A DNA stretch of 64,000 nt from Dehalococcoidia bacterium (GCA_965249115.1 CBDFLI010000002.1:153859-217858), one strand, 5' to 3'; shown: positions 8,675 to 19,055, counted from the stretch's first letter. Notes: generated by a model from the letters alone, not told the origin. Translations and numbers: made by a program.

Positions 8675-9682
8675 TTAGCTCTCACTAAAGTAGCGGGCCA
8701 GCTCATCCCGTTCAAAAGAGGGCAGGCCCCGAATGCCTTGAGGCGTGTGCAGTCTGAGGCCATTGGAGGCCGGGGTGACCTTACCTATGACCTGCGCTTG
8801 GATGTTGGATTCGGCAAGGGACTTGAAGAGGGAAGGGGTGTGTTCCTCTGAAAGGGTTATCAGGAGAGCGCCGGAGGCCAGAAGGCCCAGCGGGTCCAGC
8901 CCAAGGGCGGCGCAGATGGAGCCACACTCCGGCAGGACAGGTATGCGCTCCTGGTCTATTTCTATACCGACCTGGGCCGCTGCCGCGATCTCCCTCAGCC
9001 CCGTGGCCAGACCACCTTCTGTGGGGTCGTGCATGCTGTGGACAGGCACGGCTTTGCAAGATGTGAGCGCATCCTGGACGACGCTGATCCCAGGTTTGAA
9101 CAGGTAATCACCAGCTGCCCGCACCATTTCCGGAGGAACTTCCGTGGACAGAAGAGCCTCTCTGGCCTCCCGCGCCAGGACCGACGTGCCCTCAATGGCG
9201 ATGCCCTTGGTCAGGACTATGTCGTCGCCGGGGCGGGCCCCGGAGGTACGCACAATGGAATCCGACGCGACCTCTCCCAGCATGTGCCCCACCAGTATGG
9301 GTCGCTGTAGTTGGTGCGTGACCTCTGAGTGTCCTCCAACCAGGGTTACTCCCAGTTCCTTGCAGGCAGCCACGGTCTGGCTGAAGATGTCTTCGGCCAT
9401 TCGCGGTTCTGCGTTCTCCGGAAGGAGTACGGTTGCCAGGAACCACTTGGGGACTGCGCCCATGCAGGCCACGTCATTGGCGTTGACCTGGACGGCGTAC
9501 CAGCCGATGAGGTCGGTGGCGAAGGTGATGGGGTCGGACTTGGCGACGAGTGCATGGCCGCCCATGTCTATCACAGCGGCATCTTCGCCGGTCATGGGGC
9601 CCACCAGGACGCGAGGGTCCTGGATATCCAGGGTACCCAGGAGTCGCTCCAGGAGGTCCGGCGGCAGCTTACCAATGTTCAT
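8675..9682 (-). CDS. AIR synthase-related (PurM/HypE/ThiL-fold) protein
   Basis: GEDAAVIDMGGHALVAKSDPITF...VNANDVACMGAVPKWFLATVLLP. I prefer the internal ATG at 9682 (MNIGKLPPDLL), which fits a promoter just upstream. Confidence 0.7.
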   Translation of the reverse strand: MNIGKLPPDLLERLLGTLDIQDPRVLVGPMTGEDAAVIDMGGHALVAKSDPITFATDLIGWYAVQVNANDVACMGAVPKWFLATVLLPENAEPRMAEDIFSQTVAACKELGVTLVGGHSEVTHQLQRPILVGHMLGEVASDSIVRTSGARPGDDIVLTKGIAIEGTSVLAREAREALLSTEVPPEMVRAAGDYLFKPGISVVQDALTSCKAVPVHSMHDPTEGGLATGLREIAAAAQVGIEIDQERIPVLPECGSICAALGLDPLGLLASGALLITLSEEHTPSLFKSLAESNIQAQVIGKVTPASNGLRLHTPQGIRGLPSFERDELARYFSES

Positions 9683-9694
9683 TGAAGGGATGCG

Positions 9695-9723
9695 ATGATA
9701 GCACAGGGACCGGTGGGTCTCAA
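9695..9723 (-). promoter_or_regulatory. promoter (extended -10) of the AIR synthase-related gene; the mRNA would be nearly leaderless
   Basis: Minus strand TTGAGA, 17 nt, TATCAT, with TGTGC upstream. The -10 ends 13 nt before the ATG at 9682. Confidence 0.4.
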
Positions 9724-9794
9724 TTCGGGACCAGGGTTGACGATACGTCGTCGGCTGCCCTTGCACGGGGTGGCCTGACGGATATACTGGGGGC

Positions 9795-10604
9795 ATGGCG
9801 CAACGAGATATGAGCGATGAACTGACGGACACCCCTTCTTCGTCCAGGCAGGCACGGGAGCAGTTTGGCCGGCAGGCGCGGTTCTACGCCGAGAGCAACG
9901 CACACCGGGCCGGAGAGGGTCTGGATGCCCTTGTAGAATACGCTGCGCTGGGTCGTTACGGTACGGCGGTGGACATCGGCACCGGCGCGGGGTTCACGGC
10001 ATTTGCGGTGTCGCCCTATGCTGAGCGGGTGGTGGCCACGGACATAGCGTCGGGCATGCTCGCCCAGACGCGCCGGCAGGCGGGCGAGAAAGGGATAACC
10101 GGCCTGGAACTGGTCATGGGTGAGGCCGAGAGGTTGCCGCTGGCTTCGGGTTCCGTGGGGCTGGTGTCGTGTCGTCAGGCGGCGCACCATTTCTACGACC
10201 TCCCGAAAGCGGTTGCGGAGATGTGGCGGGTCCTGGAACCCGGGGGAGCGTTTATTTTCACTGACCCCGTGGCACCGGATGACGACGAAGTGGCCCTGTG
10301 GATGAACGACGTTGAGGTCCGGCGGGATGACACCCATATCAGGGATCTGAACGCAGGGGAGTGGCGTGGCCTTTTGAGCCAGGCCGGATTTGTGGTGACC
10401 CATTGGGCCATCACCAAGGTTTACCTGGAGTTCAACGACTGGGTCCGGCGCTCTGCGACACCAAAGGGGAAGATAAGGCCGCTGCGCGAGGACTTTCTCA
10501 CGGCGCCGGCAGCGATGGCAGCGGCCTTTGGCATACGGCCGGACGGGGAGGATATACACTTCTACTGGGACGTGGTTGCCGTGAGAGCAGTAAAGCCGGC
10601 ATAG
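9795..10604 (+). CDS. class I SAM-dependent methyltransferase (UbiE/Methyltransf_11-like)
   Basis: VDIGTGAGFTAFAVSPYAERVVATDIASGML; VSCRQAAHHF. Confidence 0.85.
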   Translation: MAQRDMSDELTDTPSSSRQAREQFGRQARFYAESNAHRAGEGLDALVEYAALGRYGTAVDIGTGAGFTAFAVSPYAERVVATDIASGMLAQTRRQAGEKGITGLELVMGEAERLPLASGSVGLVSCRQAAHHFYDLPKAVAEMWRVLEPGGAFIFTDPVAPDDDEVALWMNDVEVRRDDTHIRDLNAGEWRGLLSQAGFVVTHWAITKVYLEFNDWVRRSATPKGKIRPLREDFLTAPAAMAAAFGIRPDGEDIHFYWDVVAVRAVKPA

Positions 10605-10764
10605 GATACTAAAATCTTTTGCGAAAGCCTTGGTCACGGCTCGTGCGCGGTCATTTACGCCCAGAACATCAAGAATGGGTCGCATGTCACGCTTGAATGT
10701 GACGTGCGGTATTTCTAAAACTCACGACCGATGAACTGGCTGGACGGCTGGATAGTCCCCCGGG

Positions 10765-12423
10765 CTAAGCCCAGCCCATCGGTGGGTGCTTCTTGTGATG
10801 GTCCGTGGCCTGCTGGTAAGCGTGGCAGACGCGGAACAGTGTCTCTTCATTCATAGGCCGGACTCCAAGGTGCCAGCCAATGGGCATGCCTTCCCCGGTG
10901 AAACCCGCGGGAATAGAGATGGCGGCTGCGCCAGCCATGCTGAATGCCCCGGTCCCTCCGCCGCGAGCCATGACGGTGGTCTGGGCGGCCTCACGGCTTG
11001 TGACGGCAGACTCGGTGACTATGGGGCCTGCCGGTCCCTGGCCGGTGGACCCGACCAGCACGTCATACTTTTCGAAGGCTTCCAGCATCGTCTGGCCCAT
11101 CAAGGCCCGCGCCCGGCCAGCGAGGGTCTGCAGGCCCGCGGGTATCAGACAGCCGACCAGCAGGCGGACGCGGGTGTTGTAGTCGTAGTCCATGTACCTT
11201 TCCCGCAGGTGACCGCGGTGGTAGCTGGCGGCCTGGCCGTCACATATGGCGGTGTGCACACCCTGCATCCTCTGTATCAGCGGGATGGTCACAGGCTCCA
11301 CTGTGGCGCCAAGCTCCTTTAGCACATCTATGGCTTTTGTCACTATGGACCTGGTCTCCTGTTGCACATCATCGCCCATCATCTGCTCCAGCACGCCAAC
11401 CCGCAGGCCTTTGATGTTGCCGGTGAGCGCCCGTGAATAGTCAGGCAGGGGCTCCTGACTGGTTGTCGGGTCATTTGGGTCGTAGCCTCCGATTACCTGG
11501 AGCATGATGGCGGTATCCTCGGCGCTGCGTGCCAGAGGGCCGGCGGTGTCCAGCTCCCAGGAAAGGGTGAAGATACCTTGTCGACTCAGGCGGCTCCAGC
11601 TTGGCCGCATGCCTGCGATTCCGTTGACCGATCCCGGACCGCGGATGGAGCCTCCCGTATCTCCGCCCATGGACCCGCTTAGCAGCCCCGCAGCTACCGA
11701 TGCTCCTGACCCGGCTGAAGAACCGGCTGGACTCTTATTCAGGTCCCAGGGGTTCCTTGGTGCCTCCTTGTTGAGGAACTCCAGGGTCCCTCCCATGTGG
11801 AACTCGTGTGTGGCCAGGGTCCCCATGACGATGGCCCCGGCCTGGCGGAACCGGGCAATGATGGTGCAGTCCTCTTCGGCAATGTTGTCGCTGTAGGCAT
11901 CGCAACCGCCTGTATTGGGATGGCCTTTGATGTCAAACTGGTCCTTGACACCGATGGGGATGCCGTGCATAGGCCCTCGGTAGTTCCCGGAGGCGATCTC
12001 TTGCTCTGCCTTCTCTGCCTCAGCCAGCGCTTCGTCGTGCAGCACCAGGTTGAACGCGTGCAGATGAGGGTCGTAGTGTTGGATGCGCTCCAAATACGTC
12101 CGCGTAAGCTCCATCGGTGAGAGTTTCTTTGACTTGATGAGGTTGGCCTGCTCGCGGATGGTCATGAACGCAATGTTCTGGTCGTGGGGAGCGTCTTCAT
12201 CGTTGGCGGCCGCAGGTCCCTGTCCTGAGGACCGCTGGGGCAGCCCCTGGTACGGCAACACCGGCCACGGCTCCCTGTGGTAGACATCCAGGTCATCAAG
12301 TTTTTTCAAGCCATCGATCAGGGCGTTGATGCGATAGACTACTTCGGTGAATTCAGGCTCCGGTGGGTCGAAGCCCTGCATGTTCAGCTGGGAACGTATC
12401 TCTTCGCGTGTAAAGTCGGTCAT
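10765..12423 (-). CDS. amidase (amidase-signature family)
   Basis: 552 aa. AS motif GGDTGGSIRGPGSVNGIAGMRPS and an upstream GIPIGVKD. Confidence 0.9.
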   Translation of the reverse strand: MTDFTREEIRSQLNMQGFDPPEPEFTEVVYRINALIDGLKKLDDLDVYHREPWPVLPYQGLPQRSSGQGPAAANDEDAPHDQNIAFMTIREQANLIKSKKLSPMELTRTYLERIQHYDPHLHAFNLVLHDEALAEAEKAEQEIASGNYRGPMHGIPIGVKDQFDIKGHPNTGGCDAYSDNIAEEDCTIIARFRQAGAIVMGTLATHEFHMGGTLEFLNKEAPRNPWDLNKSPAGSSAGSGASVAAGLLSGSMGGDTGGSIRGPGSVNGIAGMRPSWSRLSRQGIFTLSWELDTAGPLARSAEDTAIMLQVIGGYDPNDPTTSQEPLPDYSRALTGNIKGLRVGVLEQMMGDDVQQETRSIVTKAIDVLKELGATVEPVTIPLIQRMQGVHTAICDGQAASYHRGHLRERYMDYDYNTRVRLLVGCLIPAGLQTLAGRARALMGQTMLEAFEKYDVLVGSTGQGPAGPIVTESAVTSREAAQTTVMARGGGTGAFSMAGAAAISIPAGFTGEGMPIGWHLGVRPMNEETLFRVCHAYQQATDHHKKHPPMGWA

Positions 12424-12802
12424 GGGGCCTCCCTGGCGAATGGTTGGCCGAGTATACGCCCTGTACTATCTCAAATCAAATATCTTCCGTGGCCAGGCAA
12501 ACCCTGTTCTTTCCCACCCGCTCCGCCCTGTGCGTTTTTTGATAGGAGACGCCTCCATTCTTCGTACTCATTACTTCACCTCGGGGAGCATAGGCGGATA
12601 GCGCATTGGGAAACGGGTACGAACCTAGAATAACGTGATATCGACGCGCGGCAATTAAGCCTCGAACTTGTGGAAAGGGCACAATCGGACAGTACTGATA
12701 ATTGGCTATGCTGAGATTGTACTAGGCGATGCTCGACCTCATCCAATTGTTAGGCTAGAATCGGGCCTACTACTGCTCCCCATCGTCCGAGGAGGATCTG
12801 CA

Positions 12803-14245
12803 ATGAACCAGCGTCAAGAAGTGCACGAGCTGATCGAGTCAGAGCGCCACCAACACCTAGAACGGGTTCGAGAGTTCATGGCCCAACCTAGCGTCAGCGC
12901 AGAAAACCGAGGTCTTAAAGAGTGCGCTGCGCTGCTTCAAGGCTATTATCAACAACTCGGTTGTCAGGAGACAGAGATAGTCGAAACGCCCGGACTACCT
13001 GCGGTTTGGGCCTATTACAACGCGGGTGCGTCTAAGACATTGGCGATATATAACTACTTCGACTCCAATGTGGAGGGCACCGGCTGGAAGTATCCACCGT
13101 ACGAATCAGTGGTGGTCGAACATGCGCCGTATAAAAAGGTGCTATATGGTCGGGGTGCAGGCAACAAGGGCGCGTTTATTGGCTTTCTCAATGCATTGTC
13201 CGCAATAAAGGCTGTTGAAGGGACGCTTCCGGTTAATCTGATGTTTATCTCTGAGGGGGAAGAATTTGTCGGCAGTCCACATGTCCCTATGCTCATTGAG
13301 CGGTATCGATCACGACTTGCCCAGGCGGATGCAGTTTTCTCTCCCGGACCTTGCCAAACCCCTACAGGAGACATCTCTTTCGCCTTGGGTAACAAAGGTT
13401 GTCTCCACATAGAGCTTGAGTGCTCTGGAGATGAGTGGGGCAGAGGGCCGGCGGAAGGCCCAGTGCACTCCTCGACACAATGTGTGGTGGACCATCCGAC
13501 CTGGCGTTTGGTTCAGGCGCTCGCCACCATGTATGATCCGGCCGACAACCGCATCATGGTTGACGGTTTTTATGATGGGCTGCGCGAACCCTCCACAGAC
13601 GATATCGCCCTCATTGACGTGCTGGCGTCTCGTTACCAGGGTAATGAGGCCAGCGCAATACCTAGCTTAGGGCCAGGGGTAGTCAACCGTTTCATCGGTG
13701 ACCTGACTGGACGGGAGCTGTTCTTACGGTATTGCTTCCAACCGACCATGAATATCAACGGTTTACGAGCAGGGTACACAGGTCCGGGTACGGCCCTTTG
13801 GACCCTACCCAACGTTGCCTCTTGCACTATTGACCACAGGCTTCCGCCGGACCTCGATCCTCAGGTGTGTCTACAAAAAATTCGGGATCACCTGGATCAG
13901 CGTGGCTACAGCGATATCAAGATCAAGGTCTTGATGTCCATAGGCGCTCAAAAGCTCAACGTCGCGGACGAAATTGCCCAGGCAGCGCTCCGAGTGTTTC
14001 GCGCCAGGGATCTTGACCCAGCCATCTGGCCGCGAAAAGGAGCCAGCGGTCCTACGGGACTCTTCAGTCAGCTCCTGGGCCTTAAAGTGCTGGGGGCAAC
14101 AGGGATGGGCTATGCCAGCGGTCATTCCGCCCCGAACGAGTTCCTAGTTGTGGAAGGTGATGGCAAGGTGGGCGGTCTCGTTGAGCTTGAGCAGTCCTTT
14201 GTTGACCTGCTGTATAGCTATGCTGCTTATCCGGGAGACTTCTAA
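12803..14245 (+). CDS. M20-family metallopeptidase / amidohydrolase (dipeptidase-like)
   Basis: ATG at 12803 follows GGAGGA. N-terminus ..FMAQPSVSAENRG..; ISEGEEFVGSP metal-site region; dimerisation-domain-sized insert. Confidence 0.75.
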   Translation: MNQRQEVHELIESERHQHLERVREFMAQPSVSAENRGLKECAALLQGYYQQLGCQETEIVETPGLPAVWAYYNAGASKTLAIYNYFDSNVEGTGWKYPPYESVVVEHAPYKKVLYGRGAGNKGAFIGFLNALSAIKAVEGTLPVNLMFISEGEEFVGSPHVPMLIERYRSRLAQADAVFSPGPCQTPTGDISFALGNKGCLHIELECSGDEWGRGPAEGPVHSSTQCVVDHPTWRLVQALATMYDPADNRIMVDGFYDGLREPSTDDIALIDVLASRYQGNEASAIPSLGPGVVNRFIGDLTGRELFLRYCFQPTMNINGLRAGYTGPGTALWTLPNVASCTIDHRLPPDLDPQVCLQKIRDHLDQRGYSDIKIKVLMSIGAQKLNVADEIAQAALRVFRARDLDPAIWPRKGASGPTGLFSQLLGLKVLGATGMGYASGHSAPNEFLVVEGDGKVGGLVELEQSFVDLLYSYAAYPGDF

Positions 14246-14280
14246 GCAGGGGAAAACCTAGTAATCAAAGAGGAACAGAT

Positions 14281-15426
14281 ATGGTGAACCACGCGGGTTT
14301 GACGGAGCGGGATATGCGGTTCAGGAGGGTACGCGAGGCAATGGAGAAAGCTGGCCTGGACGCCCTGGTTGTGGCAGGACATGGCAGCTCTTTCAATCGC
14401 GGATACATACGGTACATCGCTGATACGCATTTGTGGGCGGGCGACTCACTAATTCTTATCCCGCTGGAGGGTGATCCCGTACAGGCACTCGTAACATATT
14501 CAGGAGCCTCTTTGCCTGACAAGCTCTGGATTGAGGATTTTCGGAAGGCACCGGATCCACGGAGCGAGATTGTGAAAGCAATGGAGGAAAAGGGCCTGAC
14601 AAAGGGCAAAGTCGGCATCGTCGGACTTGACAGGATCATCACCGTTGGCGCGCACGAGACCCTGAACAATACCTTTCCGGGGGTGGACTTCGTGAGCGCG
14701 GACCTGTTGGTGGATCGGGTGCGCTCGATAAAAAGCTCTTTGGAGCTTCAGCAAATTGGTGAGCTGTTGAAGCTCTCTCAAAAAGCAATGGACCGGTTTG
14801 TAGAGGTGATCGCACCGGGTATTACCCAACGTGAGGCGGCCGCTGAAGCTGGTAAGGTAATCCGAGCTGGAGGATCCTTTGATGACCTGACCCTAATCCA
14901 CGAAGGCAGCTTCACAGGACTACCCAGGGATGTGGCCCTAAAGTGTGACGACCTGGTGGGATTTCACCTGGAAACGTGTGGGGAGAGCGGGCACTGGTCA
15001 GAGATTAATGTCGTCTGTGCCTTTCGCGAGCCCACCGTCCTTGAGCAGAAGCTGATAGATAGCGAACTAAGCGCATTTGCGGAGATCCGTAACATGGCCA
15101 GGCCGGGTGTGACGCTCGGCGAAATGGAGAATACCTTCCTCCGTGTCATTGTTGAGGATGGTTGGAAGTTAGGTGAGCCCGCCTGGCACTACTCCTTTCA
15201 CGGCCAAGGAATGGACAGCATAGAGTGGCCATATTTCACCCCTATGCTAGAAGCTAACAAGGACACGTCATTGGAAGAGGGCATGGTGTTTTCCTATCAT
15301 CCACATCGCGATACTACCCCCATAGTGGACAGGCTCCCCCGAATCTTCGATGACATCGTAATCACCACAGATGGTGCGGAGCGTTTGAGCAGCGACTGGG
15401 ACCTCGGTTGGCGGATCATGAGATAG
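14281..15426 (+). CDS. M24-family hydrolase (creatinase / Xaa-Pro peptidase fold)
   Basis: A creatinase-N-like N-terminus (LDALVVAGHGSSFNRGYIRYI) followed by a pita-bread C-terminal domain. Confidence 0.75.
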   Translation: MVNHAGLTERDMRFRRVREAMEKAGLDALVVAGHGSSFNRGYIRYIADTHLWAGDSLILIPLEGDPVQALVTYSGASLPDKLWIEDFRKAPDPRSEIVKAMEEKGLTKGKVGIVGLDRIITVGAHETLNNTFPGVDFVSADLLVDRVRSIKSSLELQQIGELLKLSQKAMDRFVEVIAPGITQREAAAEAGKVIRAGGSFDDLTLIHEGSFTGLPRDVALKCDDLVGFHLETCGESGHWSEINVVCAFREPTVLEQKLIDSELSAFAEIRNMARPGVTLGEMENTFLRVIVEDGWKLGEPAWHYSFHGQGMDSIEWPYFTPMLEANKDTSLEEGMVFSYHPHRDTTPIVDRLPRIFDDIVITTDGAERLSSDWDLGWRIMR

Positions 15427-15575
15427 GCGCGCCTGCGGAAGGATAGGCGACTCCCACATTTTGGCGGTATCCAAGGAAGAAACACGGATTCCCTCTCAGT
15501 CGCGCACCTTTGTTATCTAACGAAATTCGCGAATCTTGTTGCTTTGGCCATCAAGACAGGGAAGGTATTGGATCA

Positions 15576-16571
15576 ATGACGACTTTAGTAACGGGGGCGA
15601 TCGGCTTCACAGGCATTAATATCGTACGAACGCTAGCAAAAGCGGGAGAGCCTGTGGTCGCTCTAGATAATGTTGCTGAAAGTCCAGAGTGCCGCCGGTA
15701 TCTAGAGGGATTGGAGGATAAGATTCAATTCGTGGTTGGTGATGTTTTGGACACTGGCGCCATGCTTAGTCTTGCTGAAACAAAGGGGATCCGCAGAATC
15801 GTCCACGCGGCAGCTATTACACCATCCGGGACTGTTGAGCCGTCGATACCATTACGTGTTATCAACGTCAACTTGATGGGTACCGCAAACATGCTAGAGG
15901 TTGCTCGAAAAATCTCAGCCGAGCGATTTGTGTTTTTGAGCTCATCTGGCGTATATGGTGCGCCAAAAGACAGGACTGAACGCGTAAGAGAAGACAGCCA
16001 CCAGCAACTGAATAACCTGTACAGCATCTGTAAGCATGCCAGCGAACTGCTCTTGTTGAGATATAAAAGCTTGTTCGGACTTTCGACTGTGACTGGAAGA
16101 ATGGCTGCCATCTATGGTCCCATGGAAAGAGTGACGGCTTCCAGAGGCAACCCTTCAATGATCTTCAAATTGGTCAGGGCCCACCTTGCCGGGCATTCCG
16201 TAAAGGTGAGGGGGCGCCATTACGTGAGTGATTACACCCACGTAAAAGATGCGAGCTCTATTTGGCGACATCGCACACTGGCCGATCATCTTGGCTACGA
16301 TGTCTATAATGTATCGGCTGGCGTGGCCTACTCCCTCAATGATGTCCTTGAGACACTTCAGCGTGTGGATCCAACCTTTAGCTTCACCTACGTGGAGGCA
16401 GACCAAGATGCCGATGTCGAGATCATGTCAGAAAGTGAACGGGGAGCATTGGATGTCACCCGGGTAAGCGCCGAATTCGGCATTTCGCCAAGATACACCT
16501 TGAGACAGGGGTTGGAGAGCTACCTGGGGTGGGCTCGCCGATACCCGACGCTATTCCCATCTCGTCCATGA
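15576..16571 (+). CDS. NAD-dependent epimerase/dehydratase (extended SDR)
   Basis: LVTGAIGFTGINIVRTL Rossmann motif; YSICKHASE (YxxxK). Confidence 0.85.
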   Translation: MTTLVTGAIGFTGINIVRTLAKAGEPVVALDNVAESPECRRYLEGLEDKIQFVVGDVLDTGAMLSLAETKGIRRIVHAAAITPSGTVEPSIPLRVINVNLMGTANMLEVARKISAERFVFLSSSGVYGAPKDRTERVREDSHQQLNNLYSICKHASELLLLRYKSLFGLSTVTGRMAAIYGPMERVTASRGNPSMIFKLVRAHLAGHSVKVRGRHYVSDYTHVKDASSIWRHRTLADHLGYDVYNVSAGVAYSLNDVLETLQRVDPTFSFTYVEADQDADVEIMSESERGALDVTRVSAEFGISPRYTLRQGLESYLGWARRYPTLFPSRP

Positions 16572-16645
16572 CAATATTTAATATTCCAGATTAGGAGTGG
16601 CGAATCGTAGCCAAACTGTTGCATCAAGCGCCGAGGAGGCAATTA

Positions 16646-17155
16646 ATGGAAGTTTATGAAGCGGTTCGCACAGTGCTGGCAATCCGAGACTTTCAGAACA
16701 GGGCCGTGCCAGACGGCTTGGTAAATAGAATTGTCGAAGCTGCTCGCCTGACGGGAAGTAGCACGAACGGCCAGCCGTGGCATTTCATCGTCGTCCACGA
16801 GCGCGACACTCTACATCAGCTAGGCTCACTAGTCAGTTCTGGAAGCTATAATGCGCAGTCTGCATTTGCGATCGTCGTAGCCATCGATAAATCGTCGCAG
16901 TCTGGTGTGTCCGATGCCAGCCGTGCAATCCAATCTATGGTTCTGACGGCCTGGTCCGAGGGTGTTGGTTCTAATTGGACGGGGTGGGTTGGAATGAACC
17001 GGATTGCCGCTCTCCTCGATGTTCCGGATAGCATGGACGTAATTACCGTAGCCCCGTTCGGTTATCCCGCTCAGCCCCGCACGGGTGGCAGAAAGCGGCG
17101 TAAAGCTCTCTCCGAGGTCGCTCATCGCGAGCGATTTGGACAGCCGTTTAGTTAA
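16646..17155 (+). CDS. nitroreductase family protein
   Basis: ATG at 16646 follows GAGGAGG. MEVYEAVRTVLAIRDF...NGQPWHFIVV. Confidence 0.8.
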   Translation: MEVYEAVRTVLAIRDFQNRAVPDGLVNRIVEAARLTGSSTNGQPWHFIVVHERDTLHQLGSLVSSGSYNAQSAFAIVVAIDKSSQSGVSDASRAIQSMVLTAWSEGVGSNWTGWVGMNRIAALLDVPDSMDVITVAPFGYPAQPRTGGRKRRKALSEVAHRERFGQPFS

Positions 17156-17221
17156 TTGCTTCTATGGGTGCCATAACGTAACGCGTGGCCAATACTAGAT
17201 TTCCTCACTGCTGGAGGCCCG

Positions 17222-17914
17222 ATGATTATCCGCCATCCGCTGTCCCTAGTAACCCGAGAGACACAGCCTCTTGTCCTACGCAAAGACAATACTTGTCTGC
17301 TCCTCCAAGACCTCCACTCCGCCTTCACTGACATAGAGAATGGATGGCTCCCGAAGAGGATTCGGGAAAAAGTCTTGGATCGGGAATTTGACGAATATTT
17401 CCGTCTTCTAGGTCTGGTTGCCCCCAACATCGGGAATGTTCTTGAGGCCTTTAGGGAGCAAAGTATTCCTGTGGTGTACAGCTCGATGGGATACTACATA
17501 GTAGAGGGGCCTTCGGATTTTCAGAAGGCAATTGGCTGGACCTGGGACCTGGACAGCTCCTCTGGCACCTTCCGGCCACCGTGGGAGCCCTTACAGGGTG
17601 AGACGAAATTCTCCAAGCCCGGTTGGAGCGCCCTGGCCAACCCTGAGTTTCGTAAGCACCTCGACAAGACAAATATTTCTAACGTAGTTGTTATGGGAAC
17701 CATGTTCGATTTTGGAATCCGGCAGACATGTATCGATCTAGGTGACCGGGGAATCGGTAGTCTGATAGTTACCGACGGGGTAGTGGCCCTCACCCAAGTG
17801 GGCCAGGACTACACCGGAAATAGCGTCGCCCACGGCCTTATCAAGCTGCGCTCCGCTGCCGAGACTTTAGGGCTTCTGGAAGTCCTAATGAATGAAGGGT
17901 CCGTCCTCGTATAG
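17222..17914 (+). CDS. isochorismatase-family hydrolase (Gly at the usual nucleophile Cys position)
   Basis: LLLQDLHSAF and VVVMGTMFDFGIRQTCIDLGDRGIGSLIVTDG align to the family core G..TD.CV..T..DA. Gly replaces the Cys, as in EntB/PhzD. Confidence 0.7.
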   Translation: MIIRHPLSLVTRETQPLVLRKDNTCLLLQDLHSAFTDIENGWLPKRIREKVLDREFDEYFRLLGLVAPNIGNVLEAFREQSIPVVYSSMGYYIVEGPSDFQKAIGWTWDLDSSSGTFRPPWEPLQGETKFSKPGWSALANPEFRKHLDKTNISNVVVMGTMFDFGIRQTCIDLGDRGIGSLIVTDGVVALTQVGQDYTGNSVAHGLIKLRSAAETLGLLEVLMNEGSVLV

Positions 17915-17934
17915 ATTCCACGATAGGGATTGCC

Positions 17935-18900
17935 ATGGCTACGATTACGACGGTGCTGGGTCCGATAAAGCCTGAGGAGTTGGGAACCTGTCTACCCCAC
18001 GAACATATATGGTGTGACCAAAACTTGGGCCCACGTCGAACCCTCATGGGAACCATAAGGGATCCGGCTACATTCATGAAGCTGGATAACTTCGATAAGA
18101 TGACATCCGAACTCAAAGCCTACAAAGCCACCGGTGGAAATGGGATAGTGGAGGTGACCTGCAACGGTTGGGGGCGAGACTTAGACATGTTAGCCCGGCT
18201 CTCCGAGGCCTCGGAAGTCCATATTATCGCCACCTCAGGCTTCTACATAGAACCCCACATTCCGTATTTCGTCGACTCGATGTCGGTTGAAGCCCTGGCA
18301 GATTACATGAGTAGGGAGATTGAGGACCAGGTAGAAAACACCGGGCGACGATGCGGCCTTTTCAAGTCTGCGATACACCGGACCCGGGTGGAGGGTATTG
18401 AACTGAAGGTCCTCCAAGCGATTGCCTTGGCACAAAAAAGAACGGGTGCCGCTATCACCACCCACACGACCGGTTCCCGACGGATGGAAGTGCTGGGCGG
18501 TGTTGCCGGGGTACACCAGTTGGAGATTCTCAAAGACGCAGGGGTGGACCCGACAAGGTTGATCGTCGGGCACGTTGACGAGCGTCCAGACATAGATATT
18601 CTCTCGTCTCTCGCCAGCCAAGGATGCTACATCCAGTTCGACGTAATTGGCAAGGAGCACTACCTTCTGGACCAGACCAGGGCGGAGCTGATCCATGCTC
18701 TCATCAAACGTGGATTTCTATCTCAACTCATGATCTCCCAGGACCGGAACCGGGACCATGAAATGCGATACATGGGCAACACGGGCTATTGCCATATATT
18801 CGAGACATTTCTACCCCGTCTCCTTAAAATGGGAGTAACAGAAGAGCAAGTTAAGACCATCATGGTTCACAATCCTGCGAAAGCCCTGTCTATTTCCTGA
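17935..18900 (+). CDS. phosphotriesterase-related (PTER / PHP) amidohydrolase
   Basis: TVLGPIKPEELGTCLPHEHIWCD; ...TTHT...; GHVDE; TIM-barrel metallohydrolase pattern. Confidence 0.85.
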   Translation: MATITTVLGPIKPEELGTCLPHEHIWCDQNLGPRRTLMGTIRDPATFMKLDNFDKMTSELKAYKATGGNGIVEVTCNGWGRDLDMLARLSEASEVHIIATSGFYIEPHIPYFVDSMSVEALADYMSREIEDQVENTGRRCGLFKSAIHRTRVEGIELKVLQAIALAQKRTGAAITTHTTGSRRMEVLGGVAGVHQLEILKDAGVDPTRLIVGHVDERPDIDILSSLASQGCYIQFDVIGKEHYLLDQTRAELIHALIKRGFLSQLMISQDRNRDHEMRYMGNTGYCHIFETFLPRLLKMGVTEEQVKTIMVHNPAKALSIS

Positions 18901-19006
18901 CGTTTACCGGTCTAGCTACGAAACTCCAGGCATTCGTGATAAACAAGATGCGGTAGGCCCTCACCCTTGATATCGAACCCTTCGAACGGGAGTCAACCCC
19001 TCCCCA

Positions 19007-19033
19007 GATTCTTCACTCCGTTCAGAATGACAG
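19007..19033 (+). repeat. short dispersed element GATTCTTC-N9-AGAATGACAG (copy A)
   Basis: It has the same termini as the copy at 31294..31335 and lies in 3' intergenic DNA. Confidence 0.5.
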
Positions 19034-19055
19034 CATATAGTAGGCGCCACAGGGT

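Noticed and set aside
9720-10685. Long antisense ORFs inside well-supported genes: 9720..10685(-), 22720..23718(+), 23701..24750(-), 45589..46677(+), 54886..56217(+), 971..1642(+) and 39987..40604(+).
   Set aside because: In each case the opposite strand encodes a protein with clear family motifs. These shadow ORFs are Arg/Gly/Pro/Ser-rich, as expected for stop-poor frames in GC-rich DNA.
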